Below are positions 9,959 to 18,491 of a DNA stretch of 64,000 bases, piece by piece; the stretch's first letter is position 1; each line of letters begins with the position of its first letter. A program made the translations under genes and the position numbers. The stretch spans positions 42,433 through 106,432 of IMG/VR virus record IMGVR_UViG_3300025319_000008, one strand, 5' to 3'. The notes under the pieces are model-generated. The model was not told where the DNA came from and did not search any database. It saw nothing but the letters and a program-made list of their open reading frames with translations. The stretch comes from a virus. Taxonomy: Duplodnaviria > Heunggongvirae > Uroviricota > Caudoviricetes.

Positions 9959-10885
9959 ATGAGAAAGAAATGGACAGAAAAAGAAATTGATTTTTTAATA
10001 GAAAATGTAAAAAAAATCACATTAAATGAAATAGCAGAAAAATTAGAAAAAAAAATAAGTGTAGTTAAATCTAAATTATATAAATTAGGTATATGCACTA
10101 TTAAATGGTCAAAAGATGAGGATGATTTATTACGTGAAAATTTTCCACTTAAACCAACAAGATTATTAATTGAATTATTTAAAAACAGAACTAGGAGTTC
10201 TCTTCTAAATAGAGCAACATTTTTAGGATTGAAGAGAAATAATGAAGCTAGATTTGTTTATAAAAAATATAAATACAATGTTAATCATAATTTTTTTGAT
10301 GATTTTTCACTTGAAAATTGTTATTGGGCTGGTTTTATATCAGCTGATGGATGTGTAAAACCTATTAATTCTTTATTAAGTATAAAATTAAGTAGTAAAG
10401 ATGTTGAGCATTTAGAAGTTTTTAAAAAAACAATAAATTCTAATGCTCCAATATTCATTAGAGATAACAACTCTTTTGGTACTGAACATAAATCAGCAAC
10501 TATAGACATATATTCAAAAAATATAATAAATAAATTAAAAATAAATTTTTTAATTACTAATAAAAAAACATTTACAGCAGTGCCTCCAACAATAAAAAAT
10601 TCAAATCAAAAAATAGCATTTATAATTGGGTTATTAGATGGGGATGGTTCAATATATAAAATTAATAATAATTTAAGAATAACATTTTTAGGCACATTAA
10701 AAATGCTTGAATGGATTAAAGAAACATTAAAAACAACATTATTTGTTGATGTGAATCAAAAAATACATCAAAAAGGTAAAATATATTCTTTTGCTATATC
10801 TAACAAACCAGTATTAAGTTTAATAGAGTGGGTTAAAAAAAATGAAATATATTATTTAAATAGAAAAATTGGAAAATATGTCTGA
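9959..10885 (+). CDS. freestanding LAGLIDADG homing endonuclease with an N-terminal HTH-like DNA-binding region
   Basis: YWAGFISADGCV and IGLLDGDGSI motifs ~100 aa apart; inserted between clpP and dnaJ, overlapping the dnaJ start. Confidence 0.75.
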   Translation: MRKKWTEKEIDFLIENVKKITLNEIAEKLEKKISVVKSKLYKLGICTIKWSKDEDDLLRENFPLKPTRLLIELFKNRTRSSLLNRATFLGLKRNNEARFVYKKYKYNVNHNFFDDFSLENCYWAGFISADGCVKPINSLLSIKLSSKDVEHLEVFKKTINSNAPIFIRDNNSFGTEHKSATIDIYSKNIINKLKINFLITNKKTFTAVPPTIKNSNQKIAFIIGLLDGDGSIYKINNNLRITFLGTLKMLEWIKETLKTTLFVDVNQKIHQKGKIYSFAISNKPVLSLIEWVKKNEIYYLNRKIGKYV

Positions 10886-12011
10886 AAAAGAAAGTCTCTA
10901 TAATATTCTTGAAGTAGACAAAACAGCATCTCAAGAAGAAATAAAACAATCTTATAGAAAATTAGTAAAAAAACATCACCCAGATAAGGGTGGGGATGAA
11001 AATACTTTTAAAAAAATTTCTAACGCATATGATATTTTATCCAACCCAGAAAAGAAAGCTAAATATGAAAACGATGGCATGTTTAATGATGGTGGTTTTG
11101 GATTTAATCCTCACAGTATGGCGGATGAATTATTTAGAAGGCATGCTGAATCATTTGGGTTTAGAGGTGGTAGTAGTAGACATGCTCAACAAACAAAAAC
11201 TAGAAGAGGTGGAGATTTAAAAATAAGAATTTCATTAACTATTCATGAATTAATTACAGGTGCACATAAAAAAGTAAAATTACAAAGAGAAATAAATTGT
11301 CCAGACTGTTCTGGAACTGGTGCTAAAAATAAAGAATCGATAGTAAAATGCAGTGTATGTGATGGTACTGGTATTGTTACAATAAGACAGAATACGCAAA
11401 TGGGAATGATGATTCAACAATACACTTGTCAGCATTGTGGTGGAGAAGGAAAAGAAATTAAAGAAAAATGCAATTCCTGTAAAGGACAAGGGATGATTTC
11501 GAATAGTGATGAAGTAGAATTTGATATTCCAGCCGGTGCAGTAGAAGGAATAAATTTAAACATTAATAACGTTGGAAACGAAGCAAGAGGCGGAGGGAAT
11601 AACGGAAGTCTTATTATTGAAATAACAGAGATTGAACATCCTATTTTTAAAAGAGAAGGCAATAATATTTTAACTGATGTTTTTATTAGTTATTATGATG
11701 CTGTGATTGGGAATGATTCTTTAGAAATAAATACTGTTGATGGAAACGTTAAAGTCAAAATAGAGCCAGGAACAGAGTCTGGCAAAATCCTACGTTTAAA
11801 AGGTAAAGGAATTCCTAATATAAATAATCCTTCTCAAAGAGGCGATCAAATGGTTTATGTAAATATTTTTGTTCCAAAGACATTAACAGAAGAAGAAAGG
11901 AAATCTATTACAGAACTTAAGAATGTTAAATCAGCTGAGCCGGATAGTGAAAAAACACAACATTTAAAAGGTGTTTATTCTCGCATTAGAGAATATGATG
12001 AATTGCATTAA
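10878..12011 (+). CDS. dnaJ: chaperone DnaJ (J domain plus four CxxCxGxG zinc-finger repeats plus C-terminal domain)
   Basis: YNILEV...HHPDKGG (HPD motif); CPDCSGTG, CSVCDGTG, CQHCGGEG, CNSCKGQG; ATG at 10878 (the ORF track start at 10869 is TTG). Confidence 0.9.
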   Translation: MSEKESLYNILEVDKTASQEEIKQSYRKLVKKHHPDKGGDENTFKKISNAYDILSNPEKKAKYENDGMFNDGGFGFNPHSMADELFRRHAESFGFRGGSSRHAQQTKTRRGGDLKIRISLTIHELITGAHKKVKLQREINCPDCSGTGAKNKESIVKCSVCDGTGIVTIRQNTQMGMMIQQYTCQHCGGEGKEIKEKCNSCKGQGMISNSDEVEFDIPAGAVEGINLNINNVGNEARGGGNNGSLIIEITEIEHPIFKREGNNILTDVFISYYDAVIGNDSLEINTVDGNVKVKIEPGTESGKILRLKGKGIPNINNPSQRGDQMVYVNIFVPKTLTEEERKSITELKNVKSAEPDSEKTQHLKGVYSRIREYDELH

Positions 12012-12014
12012 AAA

Positions 12015-12689
12015 ATGAAAATCTTAACAGAAATACAGGAAAAATTATTATTAGAACAAGCCTTAATAAAAGAAGCTTTGGACAGATTTAGAGATCTAAA
12101 AATTCCTATTGAGCGCTCTGTCATTGTAGAAAAGTGGCGAAAGCCAAATGTATCTGTCCCAGAAGGTACATTATATTATACTATTAATTACATCGAAATG
12201 TGTTGGTATAATTCAAACGGAAACCTTCATAGTTTTAATGATATGCCATCTAAAATTTCTTTTAATTCAAGCGTTTGGATAAATGTGGAATGGCATAATA
12301 ATGGAGAGCCATATCGTAAAAATTTTAAGTTTAATAAAGTTATAGTTCAATCTCATTTTTTAACTAATATTATGGGAATAGAATTTCATTGGTTAAACAA
12401 AAGAGGAGAATTACACAGTTTTAATGATATGCCGGGTCTTATTAGTTCAGATGGTATTGTTTGGTATAATAAAGGACGAGCATATAGAAGAACTTATTGT
12501 TTAAATACAGAATTACCATGTAGTATAAGTAAAAATGGAGATATGGTTTTTCAAAAAAACAAAGATGATTCACCTGAATACATAAAATACCCATTTTCAA
12601 AGAAAAATTATGCCCACGCTATATTAATTGGATTAAGAAATTATGAGAAATATGTTGACTGGCCAATTAGGGCAATGTTGACATTATAA
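12015..12689 (+). CDS. hypothetical repeat protein (MORN-variant-like repeats)
   Basis: Repeated NGNLHSFNDMPSKISF...W / RGELHSFNDMPGLISSDGIVWYNKG units; the same ELHSFN[DG].P unit occurs in 48972..49298. Confidence 0.45.
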   Translation: MKILTEIQEKLLLEQALIKEALDRFRDLKIPIERSVIVEKWRKPNVSVPEGTLYYTINYIEMCWYNSNGNLHSFNDMPSKISFNSSVWINVEWHNNGEPYRKNFKFNKVIVQSHFLTNIMGIEFHWLNKRGELHSFNDMPGLISSDGIVWYNKGRAYRRTYCLNTELPCSISKNGDMVFQKNKDDSPEYIKYPFSKKNYAHAILIGLRNYEKYVDWPIRAMLTL

Positions 12690-12713
12690 ACTTTTATTGA
12701 TATATTTACAATT

Positions 12714-13061
12714 ATGAAAAAACTATTAGATTTTTTAAACAAATATGGTATTTTAATGCTTCTATCCTTTGGATTTATGACATTCTTAAATACTTGCGGG
12801 ACGAAATCAGTCAACGAAAGAAATGGACGAAGAATTGATAAACTGGAGAAAGCAATAATAATGACTGATTCAATTCTGTCATTAAAAATTTCTTCTGAGA
12901 AGATGGATATTCTTTTAAAGATTAATGCAATAGAAATAGCCAGAGAGGTAGTTTACACTAATAACGCCATAGTTAGGACATCTGAACGTCCGGATGATGT
13001 GATAAACAAATACAACATTCAAATAAAAGAACTTCAAGAAAAACTAAAAAATGTCAGATAA
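12714..13061 (+). CDS. putative lipoprotein
   Basis: Signal peptide with a lipobox-like LNTC (MLLSFGFMTFLNTCGTKS). Confidence 0.4.
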   Translation: MKKLLDFLNKYGILMLLSFGFMTFLNTCGTKSVNERNGRRIDKLEKAIIMTDSILSLKISSEKMDILLKINAIEIAREVVYTNNAIVRTSERPDDVINKYNIQIKELQEKLKNVR

Positions 13062-14007
13062 TAAACAAAAAGCTTCATGGTGGATAGTAATCGCTTTCAT
13101 GATTGTACCATTTAGTGTTAGTTTGGTAAGTGCACTCCATGTTGTTAGTTTTTTTGAGCTTAGTAATTACAAAGCAATTTCCATAGTTCTTGCTGTTGTT
13201 TTTGAGCTTGGGGCACTTTCCTCATTGGCTGGGATAGTTGCCATGGATAAAATAAATAAAGGTACAGTTTGGGCTATTTTTATCCTTTTAACAACGTTTC
13301 AAATGATGGGGAATACTTATTATTCCTACGATACCACTACAACAAAAATGATTACTGATTCTAATTTAATTAAGAATTTTACTGAATTGTTTGGGTTTAG
13401 CGTATATGATGCAAGTGATATAATATTTGTGAAAAGGATAATTGCAATATTGTCCGGAGCTATATTGCCGATTATATCTTTGTGTTTTCTTGATTTGCTT
13501 ATGAAATATATTACAAGTTCAAATAAGGAAGAAAAATTAGAAAACAAAATCGAAGAACCAGCAAAATCTATTAAAACAGAAGAGGAACCTGTAAAACCAA
13601 TCGAAGAACCGGTAAAATTCATTAAAACAGAAGAGATACCTGTAAAATCAATAAAAGAGCCTTCAGAACCAATAAAACCAATAGAAAACACACAAGAAGA
13701 TGGTTTTAATGAATATGTTAAAACCAAAAAAGAAAAACTTGAAAAAGATTGGATAAATTACTCTGAATTATTAAAAGTTCTCTATAAGGAAGGAACGGCT
13801 CAAAATGGTGAAGAACTTCCTTCTTATAAGGATTTTGTTACTATGGTTGATGAAAAAAGATTTGATGATAGTGTTGTGAAAATATTTTTGACGATTTGTA
13901 ATTACTTATCAATTACCAAAGTAAGCGGTGAACAAAAAATAGCATTAATGTCTTATGAAGATGCCAAAACTAAGTTGGAAGGTTATTTGGCGTTTGGAAA
14001 TATTTAA
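13051..14007 (+). CDS. membrane protein with a Pro/Glu/Lys-rich repeat segment
   Basis: At least four hydrophobic helices at the N-terminus; EEPAKSIKTEEEPVKPIEEPVKFIKTEEIPVKSIKEP repeats. Confidence 0.5.
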   Translation: MSDNKQKASWWIVIAFMIVPFSVSLVSALHVVSFFELSNYKAISIVLAVVFELGALSSLAGIVAMDKINKGTVWAIFILLTTFQMMGNTYYSYDTTTTKMITDSNLIKNFTELFGFSVYDASDIIFVKRIIAILSGAILPIISLCFLDLLMKYITSSNKEEKLENKIEEPAKSIKTEEEPVKPIEEPVKFIKTEEIPVKSIKEPSEPIKPIENTQEDGFNEYVKTKKEKLEKDWINYSELLKVLYKEGTAQNGEELPSYKDFVTMVDEKRFDDSVVKIFLTICNYLSITKVSGEQKIALMSYEDAKTKLEGYLAFGNI

Positions 14008-14008
14008 T

Positions 14009-14293
14009 CATATGAAAGATTACAAAGGATTAAGGTTAGAAGATTATATTGAAATTACTGGAGATTCTATTATCAATACAATCAATTCCTTTAATCTTGA
14101 TTTTGACATAAATTCTTTGCAAATAAAAGAATTAATAAAAGAAAAAGCAGAAGAAGTTTTTAGAGAAAAAAAATTAATATCTGATTTATACGATTCTATT
14201 AAAAAAAGACCAGCCTTTAAAGAAGATATTATTGATTTTTTGTATAGAGATGCAGTTAGAAAAGTTTTGGTAGAAAAATATAATCATGGATAG
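14009..14293 (+). CDS. hypothetical protein
   Basis: ORF track 13955..14293; an internal Met at 14009 removes the overlap with the previous gene. Confidence 0.35.
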   Translation, partial: HMKDYKGLRLEDYIEITGDSIINTINSFNLDFDINSLQIKELIKEKAEEVFREKKLISDLYDSIKKRPAFKEDIIDFLYRDAVRKVLVEKYNHG

Positions 14294-14693
14294 TTTACAT
14301 ATTTATCTCGATGATTTCCGGCATCCATATGACGCTTTTAATATTTTAAAAGATACTGACTATCTTAAATTGAAATGGGTTGTAGTTCGCTCTCATGATG
14401 AATTTGTTAAAACTATAACAAATTTTTTTTCAGAAGGAAAATGGCCAGCAATTATATCTTTTGATCATGATCTCGATGATGAACACTATACTATCGGAGA
14501 AAAGACTGGGTATAAAGAATTTGACTACTCCTTAACAACTATTCCTACAGGATTTCATTCAGCTCAGTGGATAATAGAATTTTGTAAAACAAACAATCTT
14601 AATCTCCCGGCATTTAAAGTGCATTCTCAAAGTACTGCAGGAAGAAAAAATATCACTGCTATTTTAGAAGAATTTTCCAATTCTAAAAAATAA
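14286..14693 (+). CDS. hypothetical protein
   Basis: 135-aa ORF with an 8-nt overlap with the previous gene. Confidence 0.4.
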   Translation: MDSLHIYLDDFRHPYDAFNILKDTDYLKLKWVVVRSHDEFVKTITNFFSEGKWPAIISFDHDLDDEHYTIGEKTGYKEFDYSLTTIPTGFHSAQWIIEFCKTNNLNLPAFKVHSQSTAGRKNITAILEEFSNSKK

Positions 14694-14781
14694 TCTTAAT
14701 TGTTAATAAATATATTTTTTAATATTGAAAAATTTATTATTTTTGTCGGGAATTAATTTATTAACCTAAAACCTAAAAAAT

Positions 14782-15831
14782 ATGTCACACTACACCGTAT
14801 TAGTCTTGAATGATAACCCAGAAGAGCAATTAAAACCATTCGATGAAAGTTTAAAAATAGATTTTCAAGATTGTACCGAAGAAGTAAATAAAAGCTGGGA
14901 AAAAGATACTATTAGTGAATGGTATGCCGATGTAGATGCAACAATTACAAAAGAAGATTTTGAAATTCTTGAAAAAGAAGGAAAGTTAGAATTGAAGGAT
15001 TTTCCTCCTGACCCATGTCATAGTTACAAATTTATAACCGGAAATAGAGTAAGAGTGAATTATGAATTTCCAGAAGAAATCTGGAGAAATACAGAACATG
15101 CAAGATTTTCAGAAGATATATATGTGAAATTAATCAATGTAATAAAAGATGAAGAATCCAGACCTATTAAAATAATTTTTGCTTCACTTGAAAAAATTGA
15201 TTCTCCTAAACAAATTTCTATGAAAGAAAAATATGGTTCATTTGAAAAATTTTTGGATGAATATCATGGATACAAAAAAGAAGAAGATGGACGTATGGGT
15301 TATTGGAATAATGAAAAAGCAACTTGGGATTGGTATACACTTGGTGGACGTTGGACCGGAATGTTAAAATTAAAAGAAGGAGCTACCGGTAAAACTGGTA
15401 AACCAGGATTGCAAACAGAAAAAGCTGATGCTGGATGTGTAGATTCTGCAAGAAAGTGTGATATTGATTTTGTAGAAATGTCAAAGAAAGGCTTAGAAGA
15501 AAGTGCTATAACTTATGATAAATTTCTTGAGAAATATGAAAACGATAAGGAATGTAAATCATATCATCCATATTTTGAATATGGAGTAAAAGGAGAAATG
15601 GAAGATAAAGTTTTTATTCCGGAAACAAAAGAATCTTATATAAAAAGACATGCAAGTTTTGTGACATTTGCTGTTTTAAAAAATGGAGAATGGTTTGAAC
15701 GTGGAAGAATGGGCTGGTGGGGAATCGCATCTGATGAAAAATCTAATGAAGTTTGGGATAATGAATTCAACAAATTAATCAGTGAGTTACCGGAAGAAAC
15801 TTTATTATCAGTGTATGATTGCCATATCTAA
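14782..15831 (+). CDS. hypothetical acidic protein
   Basis: 349-aa ORF; contains LGGRWTG, a heptapeptide also present in 58919..59875. Confidence 0.5.
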   Translation: MSHYTVLVLNDNPEEQLKPFDESLKIDFQDCTEEVNKSWEKDTISEWYADVDATITKEDFEILEKEGKLELKDFPPDPCHSYKFITGNRVRVNYEFPEEIWRNTEHARFSEDIYVKLINVIKDEESRPIKIIFASLEKIDSPKQISMKEKYGSFEKFLDEYHGYKKEEDGRMGYWNNEKATWDWYTLGGRWTGMLKLKEGATGKTGKPGLQTEKADAGCVDSARKCDIDFVEMSKKGLEESAITYDKFLEKYENDKECKSYHPYFEYGVKGEMEDKVFIPETKESYIKRHASFVTFAVLKNGEWFERGRMGWWGIASDEKSNEVWDNEFNKLISELPEETLLSVYDCHI

Positions 15832-15834
15832 ACA

Positions 15835-16404
15835 ATGATAACTCTACATTTTCCATATAAACTTGAGAGAAAAGTACTGTTTGAAAAAACAGGAATTAAT
15901 ACTGAAGATGATATTAAACATAATTTCGAAAAAATGAACTCAAAAAATAAAATTGCTATTTTTATATCTTCTATTATAAGTATGTTTTTTGCATACATAA
16001 CTACAGCATTTTTTGCTTTAAATTATAATTTAATATTTTGGAGCACGCCTTCCAGATTTATGTTTCTTATAATTTCTCTTATAGGAACCGCTCTTACTTA
16101 TTTTTACTGCAGTTATCAAGTTTCTATGCGGTATGATACTGAAAATAAACGTTATAATGAAATTGAAATAAAATCTTTAACTATAAACTGGTTTAAAAAG
16201 TTATTATCCATTTTTGTATTTTATTTTTTTACAGTATTCGGTTTTAGTTTAATTATTATATTTTGTACAATGAGTATAGATATAACAAAGATGAGTGATG
16301 GAGAAAGAGCAATAATGGGATTGTTTTTTTATATAGGAACAATAATATTTTGTTTGTTAGCTTATAATAATAATTTGAAATTCATTTTAAAAATAGAACA
16401 ATGA
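15835..16404 (+). CDS. membrane protein carrying an N-terminal KLERKVLFEK motif
   Basis: Four predicted TM helices; the motif is at residues 9-18. Confidence 0.45.
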   Translation: MITLHFPYKLERKVLFEKTGINTEDDIKHNFEKMNSKNKIAIFISSIISMFFAYITTAFFALNYNLIFWSTPSRFMFLIISLIGTALTYFYCSYQVSMRYDTENKRYNEIEIKSLTINWFKKLLSIFVFYFFTVFGFSLIIIFCTMSIDITKMSDGERAIMGLFFYIGTIIFCLLAYNNNLKFILKIEQ

Positions 16405-16619
16405 AAAAAGGTAAATCCTATCTATTCGAAGTTCCAGATGGTAAAAAGCTGGTAGCTCAGTTTGTTAAAACTGAAAATGGTTGTCATGTTTTAAAATTTA
16501 GTAAGTGCGATTGGAAGTTTTATTCCAACCGAACAAAGAAAATATCCACATCAAGATTTGAATCTGGTGTTGCTTGTTTTGAAGGGACTGACCATTTGAT
16601 ATTGAAAGAAATAAAATGA
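16401..16619 (+). CDS. hypothetical protein
   Basis: 72-aa ORF with ATGA overlaps on both sides. Confidence 0.35.
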   Translation: MKKGKSYLFEVPDGKKLVAQFVKTENGCHVLKFSKCDWKFYSNRTKKISTSRFESGVACFEGTDHLILKEIK

Positions 16620-17398
16620 TAGAAGATGTAAAATATAATTCCGAAGGGAAGTTATCTGTTAATCAAACTCTATTTGGAGACTGCCTTGAGGTTATGAAAT
16701 TAATTCAGGACAAATCCATAGATTTTATTTTTGCAGACCTTCCCTTCGGTTGAGAAACTACTCAATGTCCATGGGATTCCATAATTGACATTCCTAAATT
16801 ATGGGAACAATATGAACGTATTATTAAAGATAATGGTTGTATTGCTTTATTTGCTCAGACACCATTTGATAAAGTTCTTGGTGCCAGCAACCTGCCTTTA
16901 TTGAGATATGAATGGATTTGGGAAAAAACACATGCAACTGGGCATTATAATGCAAAGAAGATGTGTATGAAATCGCATGAAAACATTTTGATATACTATA
17001 AGAATCTTCCTACATATAATCCACAAAAAACAACCGGGCATAAACCTGTAAATTCATTTACCAAGAAAATTGATATTGGAAACAAGACAAGAGTTTATGG
17101 TAAAGGAAATAAAGAAATTGTTGGTGGAGGAAACACCGACAGATATCCAAGAAGTGTATTGAAATTTTCTTCTGATAAACAAAAAAATAAAAACACAGAA
17201 TTTATTCATGATACCCAAAAACCATTGGAGTTGTGTAAGTATTTCATTAAGACATATACCAATGAAGGTGATTTAGTTTTGGACAATTGTTCCGGCAGTG
17301 GCACAACCGGTTTAGCAAGCAAAGAGCTAAAAAGGAATTGGATAATGATTGAAAATGATGAGAAATTTTATGAAATGAGCAAAAGGAGGACTATCTAA
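16616..17398 (+). pseudogene. N-4/N-6 DNA methyltransferase (ParB-associated type) interrupted by one in-frame TGA at 16751-16753
   Basis: N-terminal part MIEDVKY...SIDFIFADLPFG (motif IV, DPPY-like) runs into TGA; the same frame continues as ETTQCPWDSII...EWIWEKT...TQKPLEL...VLDNCSGSGTT (C-terminal N4/N6 MTase motifs). Confidence 0.7.
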
Positions 17399-17625
17399 TG
17401 TCTGAATTATTAGAACAATTAAAAAAGGAACATAATTCAATGTTTGCATCGTTTTTTAAAGAATTTCATTCCGAGCCTTATTGTAGGAAACATCCAAATG
17501 TTTTAAAAGTTTCCACAATTGAAAGTGTTGATTATGGTGTTTCTGGAAATGTAACATTTTGTAAACGATGTCCTATTTGTTTAAACACATTTGAAAGAGT
17601 AGTTTTAATTGAGAAATATAAGTAA
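17398..17625 (+). CDS. hypothetical protein ending in ERVVLIEKYK
   Basis: 75-aa ORF with a TAATG overlap; CKRCPICLN zinc-ribbon-like. Confidence 0.4.
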   Translation: MSELLEQLKKEHNSMFASFFKEFHSEPYCRKHPNVLKVSTIESVDYGVSGNVTFCKRCPICLNTFERVVLIEKYK

Positions 17626-17639
17626 AATTATTGAAAATG

Positions 17640-18002
17640 TCATTCTGATGCTTTACGTTTTTTTAAGCACTCGTTTATCTTATCAAATTTTGAATTTATT
17701 AAATTCATTGTATCTGTAAGTTTGTTCATTTTTAATGTTCTAATTTTATTTTTTGAAGCACGTTTGTAATTTTCTTTAAGCTTCGAATAATCTGTAGTAT
17801 CTGAAAAGCTAATTTTAAATATTTTAACAGAATCTATTTTTATTGAATCTAAAATTGATAACAAAGCTGAGTCTACCATTTCAAAAGAATGAATTGAGTC
17901 TGATTGAAATTTTTGACCACATTTTCTATCGCTTTGTTGAGCGCATGAAAAAATAATAAATAAAATAGATAAGTAAAAAAGGTATTTAATTTTATGCAAC
18001 AT
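17640..18002 (-). CDS. putative lipoprotein
   Basis: Signal peptide with LFIIFSC lipobox. Confidence 0.4.
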   Translation of the reverse strand: MLHKIKYLFYLSILFIIFSCAQQSDRKCGQKFQSDSIHSFEMVDSALLSILDSIKIDSVKIFKISFSDTTDYSKLKENYKRASKNKIRTLKMNKLTDTMNLINSKFDKINECLKKRKASE

Positions 18003-18262
18003 TATTTAGCAGTTATTATGTCGTATATTTTATCGGCTTTTTCATTTAACTTAGAAACCTCCTTCGTTAATTCATTTAAACGATAATCCATAACTTCCGG
18101 ATTGTATTTACTTAACTTATTTTCAAGTTCTATAACCTTAGCTTGATTATCATCTACTTTGAATTTCATTGTATAGTATATTCCCACCAATGAAGATATA
18201 TAAATAACTACCATAACAACTGTTTTTAAAGGTACGTTAAGTTTTTCTAAATCGATTGCCAT
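18002..18262 (-). CDS. small membrane protein
   Basis: ORF track 18002..18355; the internal Met at 18262 is the likely start; one TM helix. Confidence 0.3.
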   Translation of the reverse strand: MAIDLEKLNVPLKTVVMVVIYISSLVGIYYTMKFKVDDNQAKVIELENKLSKYNPEVMDYRLNELTKEVSKLNEKADKIYDIITAK

Positions 18263-18331
18263 GGTGGTTAATTTATAATAAATATTGCGTTTTTTATTTT
18301 TTCTTATATATTTACTTAAAAACTTACAGAT

Positions 18332-18490
18332 ATGAAAGAGAAAAAAGAAGAACAAAATGAAGTAAGATTAAACTTCATGGTTTCAAAAGAATTAAGAAAA
18401 AACTATAAAAAACATTGTATTAATAATGACATTGACATGTCAAAGAGAATACGAGAGCTTATGGAAATGGATTTAGAAGGGAAGATTTAA
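18332..18490 (+). CDS. small ribbon-helix-helix (CopG/Arc-like) DNA-binding protein
   Basis: 52-aa ORF not in the ORF track; beta strand VRLNFMVSKEL then two helices; ends 2 nt before the nuclease gene. Confidence 0.45.
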   Translation: MKEKKEEQNEVRLNFMVSKELRKNYKKHCINNDIDMSKRIRELMEMDLEGKI

Positions 18491-18491
18491 G

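Noticed and set aside
16751-16753. Genome-wide alternative genetic code with TGA as Trp or Gly
   Set aside because: TGG encodes Trp throughout, within the same gene too, and TGA ends genes in ATGA overlaps (for example 578-580 and 16617-16619). Only this one in-frame TGA was found in the window.
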